Source of the DNA: Shigella phage ESh27
Strand: one strand, 5' to 3'
DNA length: 64,000 nt
Sequence record: ON528737
This document shows, in pieces, positions 38,285 through 48,199 of the stretch (its first letter is position 1; each line of letters begins with the position of its first letter). The translations under genes and the position numbers were made by a program. The notes under the pieces are model-generated. The model worked only from the letters and a program-made list of their open reading frames with translations. It did not search any database and had not been told where the DNA came from.

Positions 38285-39280
38285 ATGAGCATTACATCTG
38301 ATGCGGTAAAACATGAAATTAACGGTTTATGTGCTTCACAGATTAAAGTGTGGTTTAAAGACCATAACGATCGCAGAGCACTTAATTATGAGCAAATTGC
38401 TATCCAAGTTCATCAATTACTGACTAGTAAATTTGATTTTCATATGCCGTCTGAAATCTATACTAATCTGCCGCGAGCACTTATTAAAGCGTGTAAAGGT
38501 TATGGAAAATCAATGGCTGATGGAATCTTCAGCGCGCTGAATAAACTTAACGTTCTGTCGATGATTAACTCTAACAACATCCTGCGTAATCTAGGACGTA
38601 CTGATTTGTTCGGTCGTGAACAGTGTAAAATGCCTTTGAAATGGATCGTTGCTCATCTTAACGAGAACCAAACACGTTTTATGGCTGTAACAGCACGTTT
38701 ACAAATGGGCCTAGATCGTCAGATGAACTTTAAAACTCATCCACGTTATTCAGGTTCAACAGACTTTTATAAATGCGAGCTTCAAAAGGTCGGTGGCAAA
38801 ACTGTCTTAGTAGTTCGTGTAACGTTTGAAGGACGACGTCAAGGATATTTTGACATAATCGGCTCTGGACTTAAACATTGCGGATTTATCGACGAAGTTG
38901 ATATCAAGCGAGACGGCATTGGATACCGTATTGGATATGTTTGTACTCTTAAAGAAGAGATTTCAGGACCAGCACCAGGACTAAAAGACGTTAGATATAA
39001 AGACGAGCTCGTCGAAGAAATAAAAGAAGTTGAATATGATATCAACCAAGAAGATGCTCTTAAAGACCTTATTGATGAACTGAACCAAGACGTTATTCCG
39101 GTTCAGAAATTTGAATCAAAACATGCTGAGCAAATCAAATACTTTGAAGCTTTGATTAACGAACTTAATGTAACTATTCAACAGACCGACGATGAAATCT
39201 CACGATTGGCCGGATTGAACGGCAAAAATAAAACAGAACGAGCTAATCTTATTCAAGTAGTAAAACTTCTTAAGGAATGA
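38285..39280 (+). CDS. hypothetical protein with C-terminal coiled coil (triplet member 1)
   Basis: 331 aa; last ~60 aa heptad-like. Confidence 0.6.
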   Translation: MSITSDAVKHEINGLCASQIKVWFKDHNDRRALNYEQIAIQVHQLLTSKFDFHMPSEIYTNLPRALIKACKGYGKSMADGIFSALNKLNVLSMINSNNILRNLGRTDLFGREQCKMPLKWIVAHLNENQTRFMAVTARLQMGLDRQMNFKTHPRYSGSTDFYKCELQKVGGKTVLVVRVTFEGRRQGYFDIIGSGLKHCGFIDEVDIKRDGIGYRIGYVCTLKEEISGPAPGLKDVRYKDELVEEIKEVEYDINQEDALKDLIDELNQDVIPVQKFESKHAEQIKYFEALINELNVTIQQTDDEISRLAGLNGKNKTERANLIQVVKLLKE

Positions 39281-39309
39281 TGTACAACCAAGGATGGTTG
39301 GAGTATAAT
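39281..39309 (+). promoter_or_regulatory. early promoter cassette (core ACAACCAAGGATGGTTGGAGTATAAT)
   Basis: 26-bp core repeated at 40304-40329. Confidence 0.45.
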
Positions 39310-39335
39310 AAATTTTTCAACATGAGGAATATAAA

Positions 39336-40295
39336 ATGGCTCCTATTACACGTAGAGAACTTATCAAAGAATTTACCTCGAACGCATATACCCCAGGACC
39401 TAATCCTATCCGTATGCCTGTAAAGACACCTGAAGAGATTGAGGAAATCTGTTCATATTATGGGATTAATTCTCGTAAGTTTACTCAATTTGAATGTGTT
39501 ACTAACACACCCGTTAAAGAGTTCATTAAAAATGGTGAGTTCAGCCGTTTACTGGCCAAACAGAAACTTCGTAATTTTTGTATTGGCGGTTATGGACAAT
39601 ATTTCGCTAAGCAGTTCCGGAATAACCTTAACAATCTGATGGCCATTGCTTCTCGTATTCGTCCTCAAGCAATTAACATGAAACATTTGAAATATACTTA
39701 CGATAAGTTGGAAATCATGGTTATCAGTGAGAACGAGTTCACTCTTACGTATAAACCTAAGAATGATAACGTTGCTCGTGTATTCCACCAAGCGTTGGAA
39801 GTTTTAGGTGATAATATCCACGAGATTAAAGCAATTTATTCTCGTGAGCTTAATATTATCGACGTTATCAAGAATAAGGGCCATATCGCTATCCAGGCTC
39901 GTGTATCTATTGGTAAAAAGGTTCCTGCGCCATGGTGGCACAAAGACTCTGAATACTATCAAAATCTTAAAAAGGAAAATGCATTGTTTGAAGGCAATAT
40001 TACAGCAACACCAGTCGGTAATGCAGAGGTTCTAGGCGCATATTCTCCGGCACAATCTGGTATGTTTAAAGGTTTGCCAAATGTGTGCAAACTGTCGGCA
40101 GTAAAACTAAATGTTTCTAATGACCTTCTTCCGGCTGAAGATTATCATTACAATCAAATCAAGGCTACTGTAGACCAACTGTCTGCTGAACTTGATAAGG
40201 CACAAGCTAAGCTTCGTGATGCTCAACAGGTGGTGACCAATCTCCAGTTGCAGTACTCTAAACTTTTTAACGCAATGAATGCATTAAAATCATAA
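39336..40295 (+). CDS. hypothetical protein with C-terminal coiled coil (triplet member 2)
   Basis: 319 aa. Confidence 0.6.
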   Translation: MAPITRRELIKEFTSNAYTPGPNPIRMPVKTPEEIEEICSYYGINSRKFTQFECVTNTPVKEFIKNGEFSRLLAKQKLRNFCIGGYGQYFAKQFRNNLNNLMAIASRIRPQAINMKHLKYTYDKLEIMVISENEFTLTYKPKNDNVARVFHQALEVLGDNIHEIKAIYSRELNIIDVIKNKGHIAIQARVSIGKKVPAPWWHKDSEYYQNLKKENALFEGNITATPVGNAEVLGAYSPAQSGMFKGLPNVCKLSAVKLNVSNDLLPAEDYHYNQIKATVDQLSAELDKAQAKLRDAQQVVTNLQLQYSKLFNAMNALKS

Positions 40296-40299
40296 ATCA

Positions 40300-40329
40300 G
40301 TTTACAACCAAGGATGGTTGGAGTATAAT
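40300..40329 (+). promoter_or_regulatory. early promoter cassette (GTTTAC / TATAAT), copy of 39281 core
   Basis: GTTTAC 40300-05, TATAAT 40324-29. Confidence 0.5.
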
Positions 40330-40357
40330 GAATCTATCTTAACGAGAGGAAAATATT

Positions 40358-41302
40358 ATGACGCGTTCACATTACATTGAATACTTTGCCGGTCTTATCG
40401 CTAACGTTCGTGCCCAGCGCGCCGTTGGTGCACTAGGATTTGATGTTCCACACCGAGATGTAGTAAGTGGTATTCTTCGCGATTTTGGTACATACACAGG
40501 CCAAGAAAACCATATCTGTAAAGATACTCAGAATGCGTATTCTCATTCATTAGGGACACTGCTTCAATGGTTCAAACGTTCTCGTTTATTATCTTCTACT
40601 GTAGCTCGCGATAACATTAAAAACTTTATGAAGCCGAGCTTTATTAAATCTGTGACATCTAAAACCGATTTGGTTGAATTCACTATTGTTAATGATGTTA
40701 AAAAGGCTCATTTGGCCGATTGGTTATCTACCATTCCTGAAACTAAATTTGCCGATAAATTTGCTTGTGAATTCAACAACCAAGTGAATATGCTTTTTAA
40801 ACATTCTCGTAAATTATTCACAGGCGGTGATGGTCGTACAAATAAAGTTCATGTTAAAGATTGGGTTACTGCAGTATTCAAACCAACCGGTAATGGTAAC
40901 GCATCATTATCAATTGATATCCAGGTTCCTTATTACTACTCACGTAATCTCGGTACCATGAAAGCCGAAGAAATTAATAAGCACAACAAAACCGTTCGTT
41001 CATTGTCTTATAAACTCCTTGTGATGTTACAGACTATGGATGTTGTTGAAATGTTTGACGAAACCGAAGATAACGGTTCAATGTTATTCAGTTCTCGAAT
41101 TCGAATTAAACTGAAGAACCCTAATGTGTTTAAGCCTATTAAAGAACCTAAAGCAGAAAAGGTCGATATCATGGCTGAAGAACGTGAGTACCTCAAATCT
41201 CGTCTGAAAGAAGTCGAAGCCCAGATTGCAGAACAAACTAAATCGTTAAAAGCTCTGAATGCGAAAGCTGACGGTTTACGAAATGCCATTGAGGTGTTAT
41301 AA
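40358..41302 (+). CDS. hypothetical protein with C-terminal coiled coil (triplet member 3)
   Basis: 314 aa. Confidence 0.6.
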   Translation: MTRSHYIEYFAGLIANVRAQRAVGALGFDVPHRDVVSGILRDFGTYTGQENHICKDTQNAYSHSLGTLLQWFKRSRLLSSTVARDNIKNFMKPSFIKSVTSKTDLVEFTIVNDVKKAHLADWLSTIPETKFADKFACEFNNQVNMLFKHSRKLFTGGDGRTNKVHVKDWVTAVFKPTGNGNASLSIDIQVPYYYSRNLGTMKAEEINKHNKTVRSLSYKLLVMLQTMDVVEMFDETEDNGSMLFSSRIRIKLKNPNVFKPIKEPKAEKVDIMAEEREYLKSRLKEVEAQIAEQTKSLKALNAKADGLRNAIEVL

Positions 41303-41607
41303 TGAACTTACGTCTTTTAGAGGATATTGATATGAACACTAATCACAGCTTAGTTAAGTTTATTGATGATAGTTCAAAGATTGAATTTGTTCAGCGAGAT
41401 AAAATCCACGGTGAAGAAGAGTTCGTTCCTCCAGCATGGAACGAAATAATGAAAATGGTTGAACGACGTGAAAATGCTGCCAAATCGGCAGCAAAACATC
41501 CATGTCCGGAATGTGGAACTATCCAAGTCCAATTGGTTAACTGGACCACTGATAACTTGAAATTGAAATGCCGTAAATGCTTCCACAAATTTGAGAGAAC
41601 ATTATAA
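41302..41607 (+). CDS. zinc-ribbon protein
   Basis: CPECG...CRKC four-cysteine motif. Confidence 0.55.
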   Translation: MNLRLLEDIDMNTNHSLVKFIDDSSKIEFVQRDKIHGEEEFVPPAWNEIMKMVERRENAAKSAAKHPCPECGTIQVQLVNWTTDNLKLKCRKCFHKFERTL

Positions 41608-42020
41608 TGAGATATAGCCTTCGTTGTTTTATCGCAGCTTTAGTTTTTGCTGTTATTCCATTCATTTGGAACAGCCAGAATACTTACATGGAAACTAAAG
41701 TAATTCCTGTGGAGGTAGTGGAATTAATCTCAGGCCAATCTACAGGAAAATATTCTAAATTAGAATTTATTGCAGTCTATAAAGACGAGCAAGGACGAGT
41801 TTTTGACAGGCATGTATCACCGTCATTTTATACGCTTCTGAATAAAGGTGATACGATAGCTATAGAAATTCGTGAGATGGATATTCAACAAAATAGTAAA
41901 GATAACCTGATTTGGTTCTTTGGTACAGTGTTGTTGGTTTCTATCTGTATCACAGGTTTTATTACATGTATTGTATTGGGTGTTAATTGCTTAATTGACG
42001 AAAGGAAAAATAATGTTTAA
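41607..42020 (+). CDS. membrane protein
   Basis: N- and C-terminal hydrophobic helices. Confidence 0.55.
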   Translation: MRYSLRCFIAALVFAVIPFIWNSQNTYMETKVIPVEVVELISGQSTGKYSKLEFIAVYKDEQGRVFDRHVSPSFYTLLNKGDTIAIEIREMDIQQNSKDNLIWFFGTVLLVSICITGFITCIVLGVNCLIDERKNNV

Positions 42021-42276
42021 AGTGTACGGGTATGACTCTACTATTCATAAATGCATTTATTGTGATAACGCGAAACGATTGCTGACTGTTAAGAAACAGC
42101 CGTTCGAATTCATTAACGTGATGCCAGAAAAAGGTGTGTTCGATGATGAGAAAATTGCTGAGCTTCTGGTTAAGCTTGGACGTGAATCACAAGTTGGATT
42201 GACTATGCCTCAGGTGTTTGCTCCTGATGGAACTTCGATCGGTGGCTTTGACCAACTACGAGAATATTTTAAATGA
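42013..42276 (+). CDS. nrdC: glutaredoxin (T4 thioredoxin NrdC)
   Basis: MFKVYGYDSTIHKCIYCDNAKRLL... matches T4 NrdC. Confidence 0.92.
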   Translation: MFKVYGYDSTIHKCIYCDNAKRLLTVKKQPFEFINVMPEKGVFDDEKIAELLVKLGRESQVGLTMPQVFAPDGTSIGGFDQLREYFK

Positions 42277-42629
42277 CATATTCATTAAATCTTAAAGATT
42301 TCCAAGATGTATACGAAGTTTGTGCCAATGAACTTGGTCCTGATGCTCCAACTATTATTGAAGTTTTAAATGTGCTCCCTTCATCATTAGCTTACGAAGC
42401 CAAATCATGGGGTTGGAACGACACTGTCGTTCGTGATGACCTTTACGTCCTGATGAACGATATGATGGTTAAAAAGGCAGAACCGGTTGCACCAATGGTT
42501 ACCATTACCGTTGAAGAATATAATCGCCTGCAAGCCATTGAAGAGCTTCTGTGGAACATTGAATGTGACCTTCCGTCAGGGCTAGAATCCTGGATTGATT
42601 ATGAAGAGCTCAATAAACTCCGGGGTTAA
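42273..42629 (+). CDS. hypothetical protein
   Basis: 118-aa ORF, ATGA overlap. Confidence 0.6.
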   Translation: MTYSLNLKDFQDVYEVCANELGPDAPTIIEVLNVLPSSLAYEAKSWGWNDTVVRDDLYVLMNDMMVKKAEPVAPMVTITVEEYNRLQAIEELLWNIECDLPSGLESWIDYEELNKLRG

Positions 42630-42757
42630 ACCATGGTATTCGGCTCGATGGGAGACTGTCGAGCCAGACGTCGAAACGGTTTACAACGGCGAAGAACCAT
42701 GTTATGATGAACCTTCAATAAATGAATTAATTGATATGGAAATGGGAAGAGATTATT

Positions 42758-42928
42758 ATGCAAGTTAAATTATTGTACCGTTTATTAAAAAACGGCAAAC
42801 ATGATTGGTATTTGCTTATTAAAACCGATCCGAATTTTTTCTCTGGACAACCATTTACAGTTCGTCCTACTAAACGTCAGCTTCGCAAAGCTAAACGTTC
42901 TCATCGTAACTTTTATAAAGTTTACTAA
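42758..42928 (+). CDS. small basic protein
   Basis: ATG at 42758. Confidence 0.45.
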   Translation: MQVKLLYRLLKNGKHDWYLLIKTDPNFFSGQPFTVRPTKRQLRKAKRSHRNFYKVY

Positions 42929-42967
42929 ATTATAAATACCCTTATCTATTTAAGGTAAGGGTTTATC

Positions 42968-43441
42968 ATGTTATTATCAGGCGCAAAATATAAAGAAGAA
43001 AAACAAAAATTTTATGATGCACAGAACGGTAAGTGTCCTATTTGCCGCCGTGAATTAGACTCTGATGTTCAAGGTAACCATCTTGACCACGACCATGAAT
43101 TAAACGGGCCAAAAGCCGGTAGAGTTCGTGGATTACTCTGTAATCTGTGCAACGCAGCAGAAGGTCAAATGAAGCATAAGTTCAACCGTTCCGGTTTGAA
43201 AGGTCAAAACGTTGATTACTTAGAATGGCTTGAAGCTCTTCTTGCTTATTTGAAACAAGATTATTCTGATAATAATATCCATCCTAATTTTGTTCCGGAT
43301 AAAACTAAAGAGTTCTCAAGACTAGGTAAAGAGGAAATGATGACCGAGATGCTTCAAAGAGGATTTGAATATAATGAATCTGATACTAAAACACAATTAA
43401 TAGCTTCATTCAAAAAGCAGCTTAGAAAGAGTTTAAAATGA
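42968..43441 (+). CDS. 49: endonuclease VII (Holliday junction resolvase)
   Basis: 157 aa; ...CPICRREL...HLDHDHELNGPKAGRVRGLLCNLCNAAEG... matches T4 gp49. Confidence 0.92.
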   Translation: MLLSGAKYKEEKQKFYDAQNGKCPICRRELDSDVQGNHLDHDHELNGPKAGRVRGLLCNLCNAAEGQMKHKFNRSGLKGQNVDYLEWLEALLAYLKQDYSDNNIHPNFVPDKTKEFSRLGKEEMMTEMLQRGFEYNESDTKTQLIASFKKQLRKSLK

Positions 43442-45255
43442 AAATTGAAAAAGAAATTGAAGGATTAATTTATAAAACTAATAAAGACCTTTTAAACGAG
43501 AATGCTAATAAAGATTCTCGTGTTTTTCCAACTCAACGGGACCTTATGGCTGGTATTGTGTCTAAGCACATTGCCAAAAATATGGTCCCGTCTTTTATTA
43601 TGAATGCGCATGAAAGTGGAATTATCCACATGCATGATATTGATTATTCTCCTGCTCTTCCATTTACTAATTGCTGTTTAGTCGATTTAAAGGGGATGCT
43701 TGAGAATGGTTTTAAATTAGGCAATGCTCAAATCGAAACGCCTAAATCAATTGGTGTTGCTACTGCAATTATGGCACAAATTACTGCACAAGTTGCTTCC
43801 CATCAATACGGCGGAACGACTTTTGCTAATGTAGATAAAGTACTTTCTCCTTATGTTAAACGCACCTATGCAAAACATATTGAGGACGCAGAAAAATGGC
43901 AAATCGCTGATGCGTTGAATTATGCTCAATCTAAAACAGAAAAAGACGTATACGATGCATTCCAAGCTTATGAATATGAAGTAAATACTCTCTTTAGTTC
44001 AAATGGACAAACGCCTTTTGTAACAATTACATTTGGTATGGGAACCGATTGGACTGAACGAATGATTCAGAAAGCAATTCTGAAAAATCGGATTAAAGGT
44101 CTTGGACGTGATGGGATAACTCCTATTTTCCCTAAACTTGTTATGTTCATTGAAGAAGGTGTTAATCTTTATAAAGATGATCCAAATTATGATATTAAAC
44201 AACTTGCGTTAGAATGTGCAAGCAAAAGAATGTATCCTGACATCATTTCGGTTAAGAATAATAAAGCTATTACTGGTTCTTCAGTTCCAGTTTCTCCAAT
44301 GGGTTGCCGTAGTTTCTTGAGTGTGTGGAAAGATTCGACCGGTAATGAAATTCTTGATGGACGTAATAATCTAGGTGTTGTAACGCTGAATCTTCCTCGC
44401 ATCGCGTTAGATTCTTATATTGGAACACAGTTCAATGAACAGAAATTTGTTGAGCTATTTAATGAACGAATGGATCTGTGCTTTGAAGCCTTGATGTGCA
44501 GAATTAGTTCTTTAAAGGGTGTTAAAGCAACTGTAGCTCCTATTCTTTACCAAGAAGGTGCATTCGGTGTTCGTCTTAAACCTGATGATGATATAATTGA
44601 GTTATTTAAAAACGGTAGAAGTTCAGTGTCTTTAGGATACATTGGTATTCATGAATTGAATATTCTTGTTAGTCGTGATATTGGACAAGAAATTTTAACT
44701 AAAATGAATGCTCATCTTAAACAGTGGACTGAAAGAACTGGATTTGCTTTTAGTTTATATTCGACTCCTGCTGAAAACCTTTGTTATCGCTTCTGTAAAC
44801 TTGATACAGAAAAATACGGAAGTGTAAAAGATGTTACCGATAAAGGCTGGTACACTAATAGTTTCCACGTTTCAGTAGAAGAAAATATTACTCCGTTTGA
44901 AAAGATTTCTCGTGAAGCGCCATATCATTTCATTGCGACAGGTGGTCACATTTCTTATGTTGAACTTCCTGATATGAAAAATAACCTAAAAGGTCTTGAG
45001 GCTGTCTGGGATTATGCTGCACAACATTTAGATTATTTTGGTGTTAATATGCCAGTGGATAAATGTTTTACATGCGGAAGTACTCATGAAATGACTCCTA
45101 CTGAAAACGGATTTGTTTGTTCAGTTTGCGGAGAAACTGATCCTAAAAAGATGAACACTATAAGAAGGACGTGCGGTTATTTGGGAAATCCGAACGAACG
45201 CGGATTTAATCTCGGTAAAAATAAAGAAATCATGCATAGGGTTAAACACCAATGA
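43438..45255 (+). CDS. nrdD: anaerobic ribonucleoside-triphosphate reductase
   Basis: 605 aa continuous ORF; C-terminal zinc ribbon and glycyl radical motif RRTCGY. Confidence 0.92.
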   Translation: MKIEKEIEGLIYKTNKDLLNENANKDSRVFPTQRDLMAGIVSKHIAKNMVPSFIMNAHESGIIHMHDIDYSPALPFTNCCLVDLKGMLENGFKLGNAQIETPKSIGVATAIMAQITAQVASHQYGGTTFANVDKVLSPYVKRTYAKHIEDAEKWQIADALNYAQSKTEKDVYDAFQAYEYEVNTLFSSNGQTPFVTITFGMGTDWTERMIQKAILKNRIKGLGRDGITPIFPKLVMFIEEGVNLYKDDPNYDIKQLALECASKRMYPDIISVKNNKAITGSSVPVSPMGCRSFLSVWKDSTGNEILDGRNNLGVVTLNLPRIALDSYIGTQFNEQKFVELFNERMDLCFEALMCRISSLKGVKATVAPILYQEGAFGVRLKPDDDIIELFKNGRSSVSLGYIGIHELNILVSRDIGQEILTKMNAHLKQWTERTGFAFSLYSTPAENLCYRFCKLDTEKYGSVKDVTDKGWYTNSFHVSVEENITPFEKISREAPYHFIATGGHISYVELPDMKNNLKGLEAVWDYAAQHLDYFGVNMPVDKCFTCGSTHEMTPTENGFVCSVCGETDPKKMNTIRRTCGYLGNPNERGFNLGKNKEIMHRVKHQ

Positions 45256-45722
45256 ATTATGATAGATTTTATCCTTGCGATTTTGTGAATGGCCCTGGTT
45301 GCAGGGTCGTTCTTTTCGTTACAGGTTGTTTGCATAAATGCGAAGGGTGTTATAATAAATCAACATGGAATGCTAGAAATGGTATTCCATTCACCGGTGA
45401 AACACTAGAACAATTAATTGAATGTTTGAATAATGATTATATAGAAGGATTAACTATAACCGGAGGTGACCCTCTCTATCCTGACAACCGAGATGTTATT
45501 CATTCTGTGGTTCAAACTATTAAAAATATTTATCCAAATAAAAGCATTTGGTTGTGGACAGGATATAAGTTTGAAGATATTAAACAACTAGAAATGCTTA
45601 AATATGTTGATGTTATTATTGATGGGAAGTATGAGAAAAATCTTCCGACCAAAAAGCTGTGGCGAGGATCAGATAATCAGCGACTTTGGTCAAATACCAA
45701 TGGGGTGTGGAAACATGATTAA
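45252..45722 (+). CDS. nrdG: anaerobic RNR activating enzyme (radical SAM)
   Basis: CDFVNGPGCRVVLFVTGCLHKCEGCYN cysteine cluster; 156 aa. Confidence 0.9.
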   Translation: MNYDRFYPCDFVNGPGCRVVLFVTGCLHKCEGCYNKSTWNARNGIPFTGETLEQLIECLNNDYIEGLTITGGDPLYPDNRDVIHSVVQTIKNIYPNKSIWLWTGYKFEDIKQLEMLKYVDVIIDGKYEKNLPTKKLWRGSDNQRLWSNTNGVWKHD

Positions 45723-45836
45723 ATTGAACTACATTATGGATACTATAAATGATATGATTTTTCATTTTGGTCCGGAATTTTATTCGCAATATAGTTTAGT
45801 GCTTATCAATGCTTGGTTAATTAATTAAGGGTAAAT

Positions 45837-46052
45837 ATGTATAAATTTCGTAAAGGTTTAGCTGATTTTCTTACAACTGTAACGTTCTTTTTGTTTATGG
45901 CAGTTGGAGCTATTTTTCTTATTCCTTTTACTGGTATATTTTTCGTGATTAGTTTAATTTCTCCGGAAAAGGGTTTATCCTCCAGCGAATTCAATGAACG
46001 TTTGGACAAAATTACTAATAAACTGAATTCTGTTCTTGATAAAAAGGCTTAA
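45837..46052 (+). CDS. small membrane protein
   Basis: 71 aa, two hydrophobic helices. Confidence 0.5.
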   Translation: MYKFRKGLADFLTTVTFFLFMAVGAIFLIPFTGIFFVISLISPEKGLSSSEFNERLDKITNKLNSVLDKKA

Positions 46053-46054
46053 TT

Positions 46055-46372
46055 ATGATTAGTTTTGAGCAGTACGTGGTAGAGAGTTGGAATGGGTTTG
46101 ATATGTTCGGTAATGACTATTATTTTTACGAATGTGGTCTAAATCCTAGTTTTTGGGCTGGACGTGAACGAGATCTCGAAGAAATTAACGCTCGTGCCGA
46201 ATTGTTAGGTGAACTGCCTACGGTTTATTTTACCTTTGATGCATCTGGATTTGTTATCCAGGTTTATTTTCCTGAAGAAAACTCTGGCGAGGATTCTGTT
46301 AATCCTCCTTATTGGGCTTACCAAGGAATTATTTCTCGTGGAACAAAACTCGAACTTAAAGAACAAGATTGA
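46055..46372 (+). CDS. hypothetical protein
   Basis: 105-aa ORF. Confidence 0.5.
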   Translation: MISFEQYVVESWNGFDMFGNDYYFYECGLNPSFWAGRERDLEEINARAELLGELPTVYFTFDASGFVIQVYFPEENSGEDSVNPPYWAYQGIISRGTKLELKEQD

Positions 46373-46661
46373 AATTTATGGCATCCCTGAAGAAGTTGGA
46401 CGTTGTCCAGGATGTTATACTGTTACAAAACTTTTAAAGGAGCTCAATGCTCCTTATACATTTTATAAAGTCCTCACTAATAATGGTAAGATTGAATATG
46501 ACCGACCTTTAATCGTATCTCTTGCTAAACGTGCAGGATTCACTTCACTTAATATTCGTTATCCTGTCATATTTTTAAATGATAAGAAACAAAAGAATAT
46601 TGCAGAGTTTAAAAAGTCCTTGATTTCATTAGGATACGACTCTGATATCATAGAAGATTGA
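46338..46661 (+). CDS. nrdH: glutaredoxin-like protein (NrdH-like), probable GTG start
   Basis: KIEIYGIPEEVGRCPGCYTV redox motif; only in-frame start with an RBS is GTG at 46338. Confidence 0.6.
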   Translation: MEQNSNLKNKIEIYGIPEEVGRCPGCYTVTKLLKELNAPYTFYKVLTNNGKIEYDRPLIVSLAKRAGFTSLNIRYPVIFLNDKKQKNIAEFKKSLISLGYDSDIIED

Positions 46662-46685
46662 CCAGGTGCCGCCTGGTCTTCTTTA
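46661..46685 (+). terminator. hairpin terminator
   Basis: ACCAGG-TGCCG-CCTGGT then a T-rich tract. Confidence 0.4.
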
Positions 46686-46769
46686 TCCTATTTCTAATAT
46701 AATCCATTAGAATCTTCACTTCACTATCTCCTTGTGCCCCTCTCAAATCGAAAATATTTTCATAAAACA

Positions 46770-46798
46770 GTTTACATCCTCGATAGATATGTTAAGAT
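46770..46798 (+). promoter_or_regulatory. early promoter (GTTTAC / TAAGAT)
   Basis: 17-nt spacer; upstream A-rich tract. Confidence 0.45.
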
Positions 46799-46827
46799 TA
46801 ACACCATCTACCACAGAGGAAAACAAA

Positions 46828-47010
46828 ATGACAATTGAAGATAAAGAAATTAAGGTTGACCAGTACTATTCTGTCAATGGTAATGCAGTACGGATAACCA
46901 GAATTTCAAGCCTGGATGTTTGGTATCGTTCAATCAAATATCCAGAAATTGGTGAACTGCTTTGTGACCGTGGTATCTTCTGTTCAATCGCGAAGGAAAT
47001 TAAACTATGA
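46828..47010 (+). CDS. hypothetical protein
   Basis: GAGGAAAA then ATG at 46828. Confidence 0.45.
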   Translation: MTIEDKEIKVDQYYSVNGNAVRITRISSLDVWYRSIKYPEIGELLCDRGIFCSIAKEIKL

Positions 47011-47255
47011 TTAGTTTAGATTCAAAGAAAGTTGTTCTAACCCTTAAAGTTAATGATGAGCGACCGGTATTCGTTACCATTTCAGATTTGCATGTTGAAA
47101 TTGCTAACGGCGTCCGTACTTATCAAACGTCTAAAACACATTGGGACTATATCCCAATGTTGACGCTTACTCAGCGTTTAGAATCAATCGGTCTTAAAGA
47201 CCTTTCAGTAAGTGAAGTGAATTTTATCAAACGCATTGTATCAATCAACCTCTGA
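47007..47255 (+). CDS. hypothetical protein
   Basis: 82-aa ORF, ATGA overlap. Confidence 0.5.
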   Translation: MISLDSKKVVLTLKVNDERPVFVTISDLHVEIANGVRTYQTSKTHWDYIPMLTLTQRLESIGLKDLSVSEVNFIKRIVSINL

Positions 47256-47262
47256 GGTACTT

Positions 47263-47556
47263 ATGGGTAAAACATATCGTCGTAAAGATTTGAAAGTTCG
47301 CGATTACGACTATTTTGGTAAGCGTAAAGCTCCTGATGGTGTTAGCCACAAAGACATGGTTGAAAACATCTTCCGCTCAGATAAATGGAAACGTATGAAA
47401 GGCGTTGATTCTGAAGTCAAGAACGAAATGAATCGACAACTCCGCAAAGAAGTTCGTAAGTTGAAAAAGGATGTTTACAGTAAAGAAGAGTATGATTATA
47501 ATACTTCTCATACTGAAGCCAAACGTAAAGCTAACGAATGTTATCGTTACAGTTGA
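47263..47556 (+). CDS. hypothetical basic protein
   Basis: GAGGT then ATG at 47263. Confidence 0.5.
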   Translation: MGKTYRRKDLKVRDYDYFGKRKAPDGVSHKDMVENIFRSDKWKRMKGVDSEVKNEMNRQLRKEVRKLKKDVYSKEEYDYNTSHTEAKRKANECYRYS

Positions 47557-47563
47557 GGAAATT

Positions 47564-47695
47564 ATGAATATCAAACGCTGGCTTTTTAAGCAAGGGTTCT
47601 ACACTTTAAATGCTACTCCAAAAGGCGATACAACTAAGTGGTCAGTAACTGACTGGATTAAATTTATTGATGAAAATGGCAATTGGGAAATTTAA
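47564..47695 (+). CDS. small ORF (43 aa)
   Basis: GAGGAA then ATG at 47564. Confidence 0.35.
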   Translation: MNIKRWLFKQGFYTLNATPKGDTTKWSVTDWIKFIDENGNWEI

Positions 47696-47896
47696 ATGAA
47701 TCCTGAATCTATGTTATCTCAAAAACTTCGTGAAGAACGTGCCGAATTCTTTGCCAATATGAAACTCAACGGTGTTGAGGATGAAGACTTTTTACGCTGG
47801 TTCTGGATTTACAAATACAAAGAATGCCAACATGCTGTACTATTGACTTGTGCAGTTATGTACGAAGGCTGGAAAGGCGCTAAAAAGTTCGGTTAA
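47696..47896 (+). CDS. hypothetical protein
   Basis: 66-aa ORF. Confidence 0.5.
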   Translation: MNPESMLSQKLREERAEFFANMKLNGVEDEDFLRWFWIYKYKECQHAVLLTCAVMYEGWKGAKKFG

Positions 47897-47898
47897 TA

Positions 47899-47938
47899 AT
47901 GTACAACGATAGGAAGACATGTTATTATCTTCCTATCG
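47899..47938 (+). promoter_or_regulatory. early promoter with perfect 11-bp inverted repeat CGATAGGAAGA/TCTTCCTATCG around the -10
   Basis: -35 ATGTAC 47899-904, -10 TATTAT 47923-28. Confidence 0.5.
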
Positions 47939-47959
47939 TCTTAAAATGAGGAAAATATC

Positions 47960-48199
47960 GTGGCCCAAGAATTAGATTTTATCAAATTCAAAAAACACCT
48001 CGACGTTAAAATTGGGGATTCAATTGTTAGGATTGAGTATGACATTTTAACAGATGCTATTACTGTTAGATGTGATGGAAATAGTTTCAGCTTCGATACA
48101 ACCGAAAACAAATACCCAATCTATAAAGGCATCTTTGATATGGGTGTTGATATTACTCCACGTGATACAAATTACTTACTTTTCATGCTTAAAAAATAG
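47960..48199 (+). CDS. hypothetical protein, GTG start
   Basis: GAGGAAA then GTG at 47960. Confidence 0.45.
   Translation: MAQELDFIKFKKHLDVKIGDSIVRIEYDILTDAITVRCDGNSFSFDTTENKYPIYKGIFDMGVDITPRDTNYLLFMLKK

Noticed and set aside
43438-45255. Group I intron or homing endonuclease insertion in nrdD, as in T4
   Set aside because: The nrdD reading frame is continuous (605 codons) with no interruption
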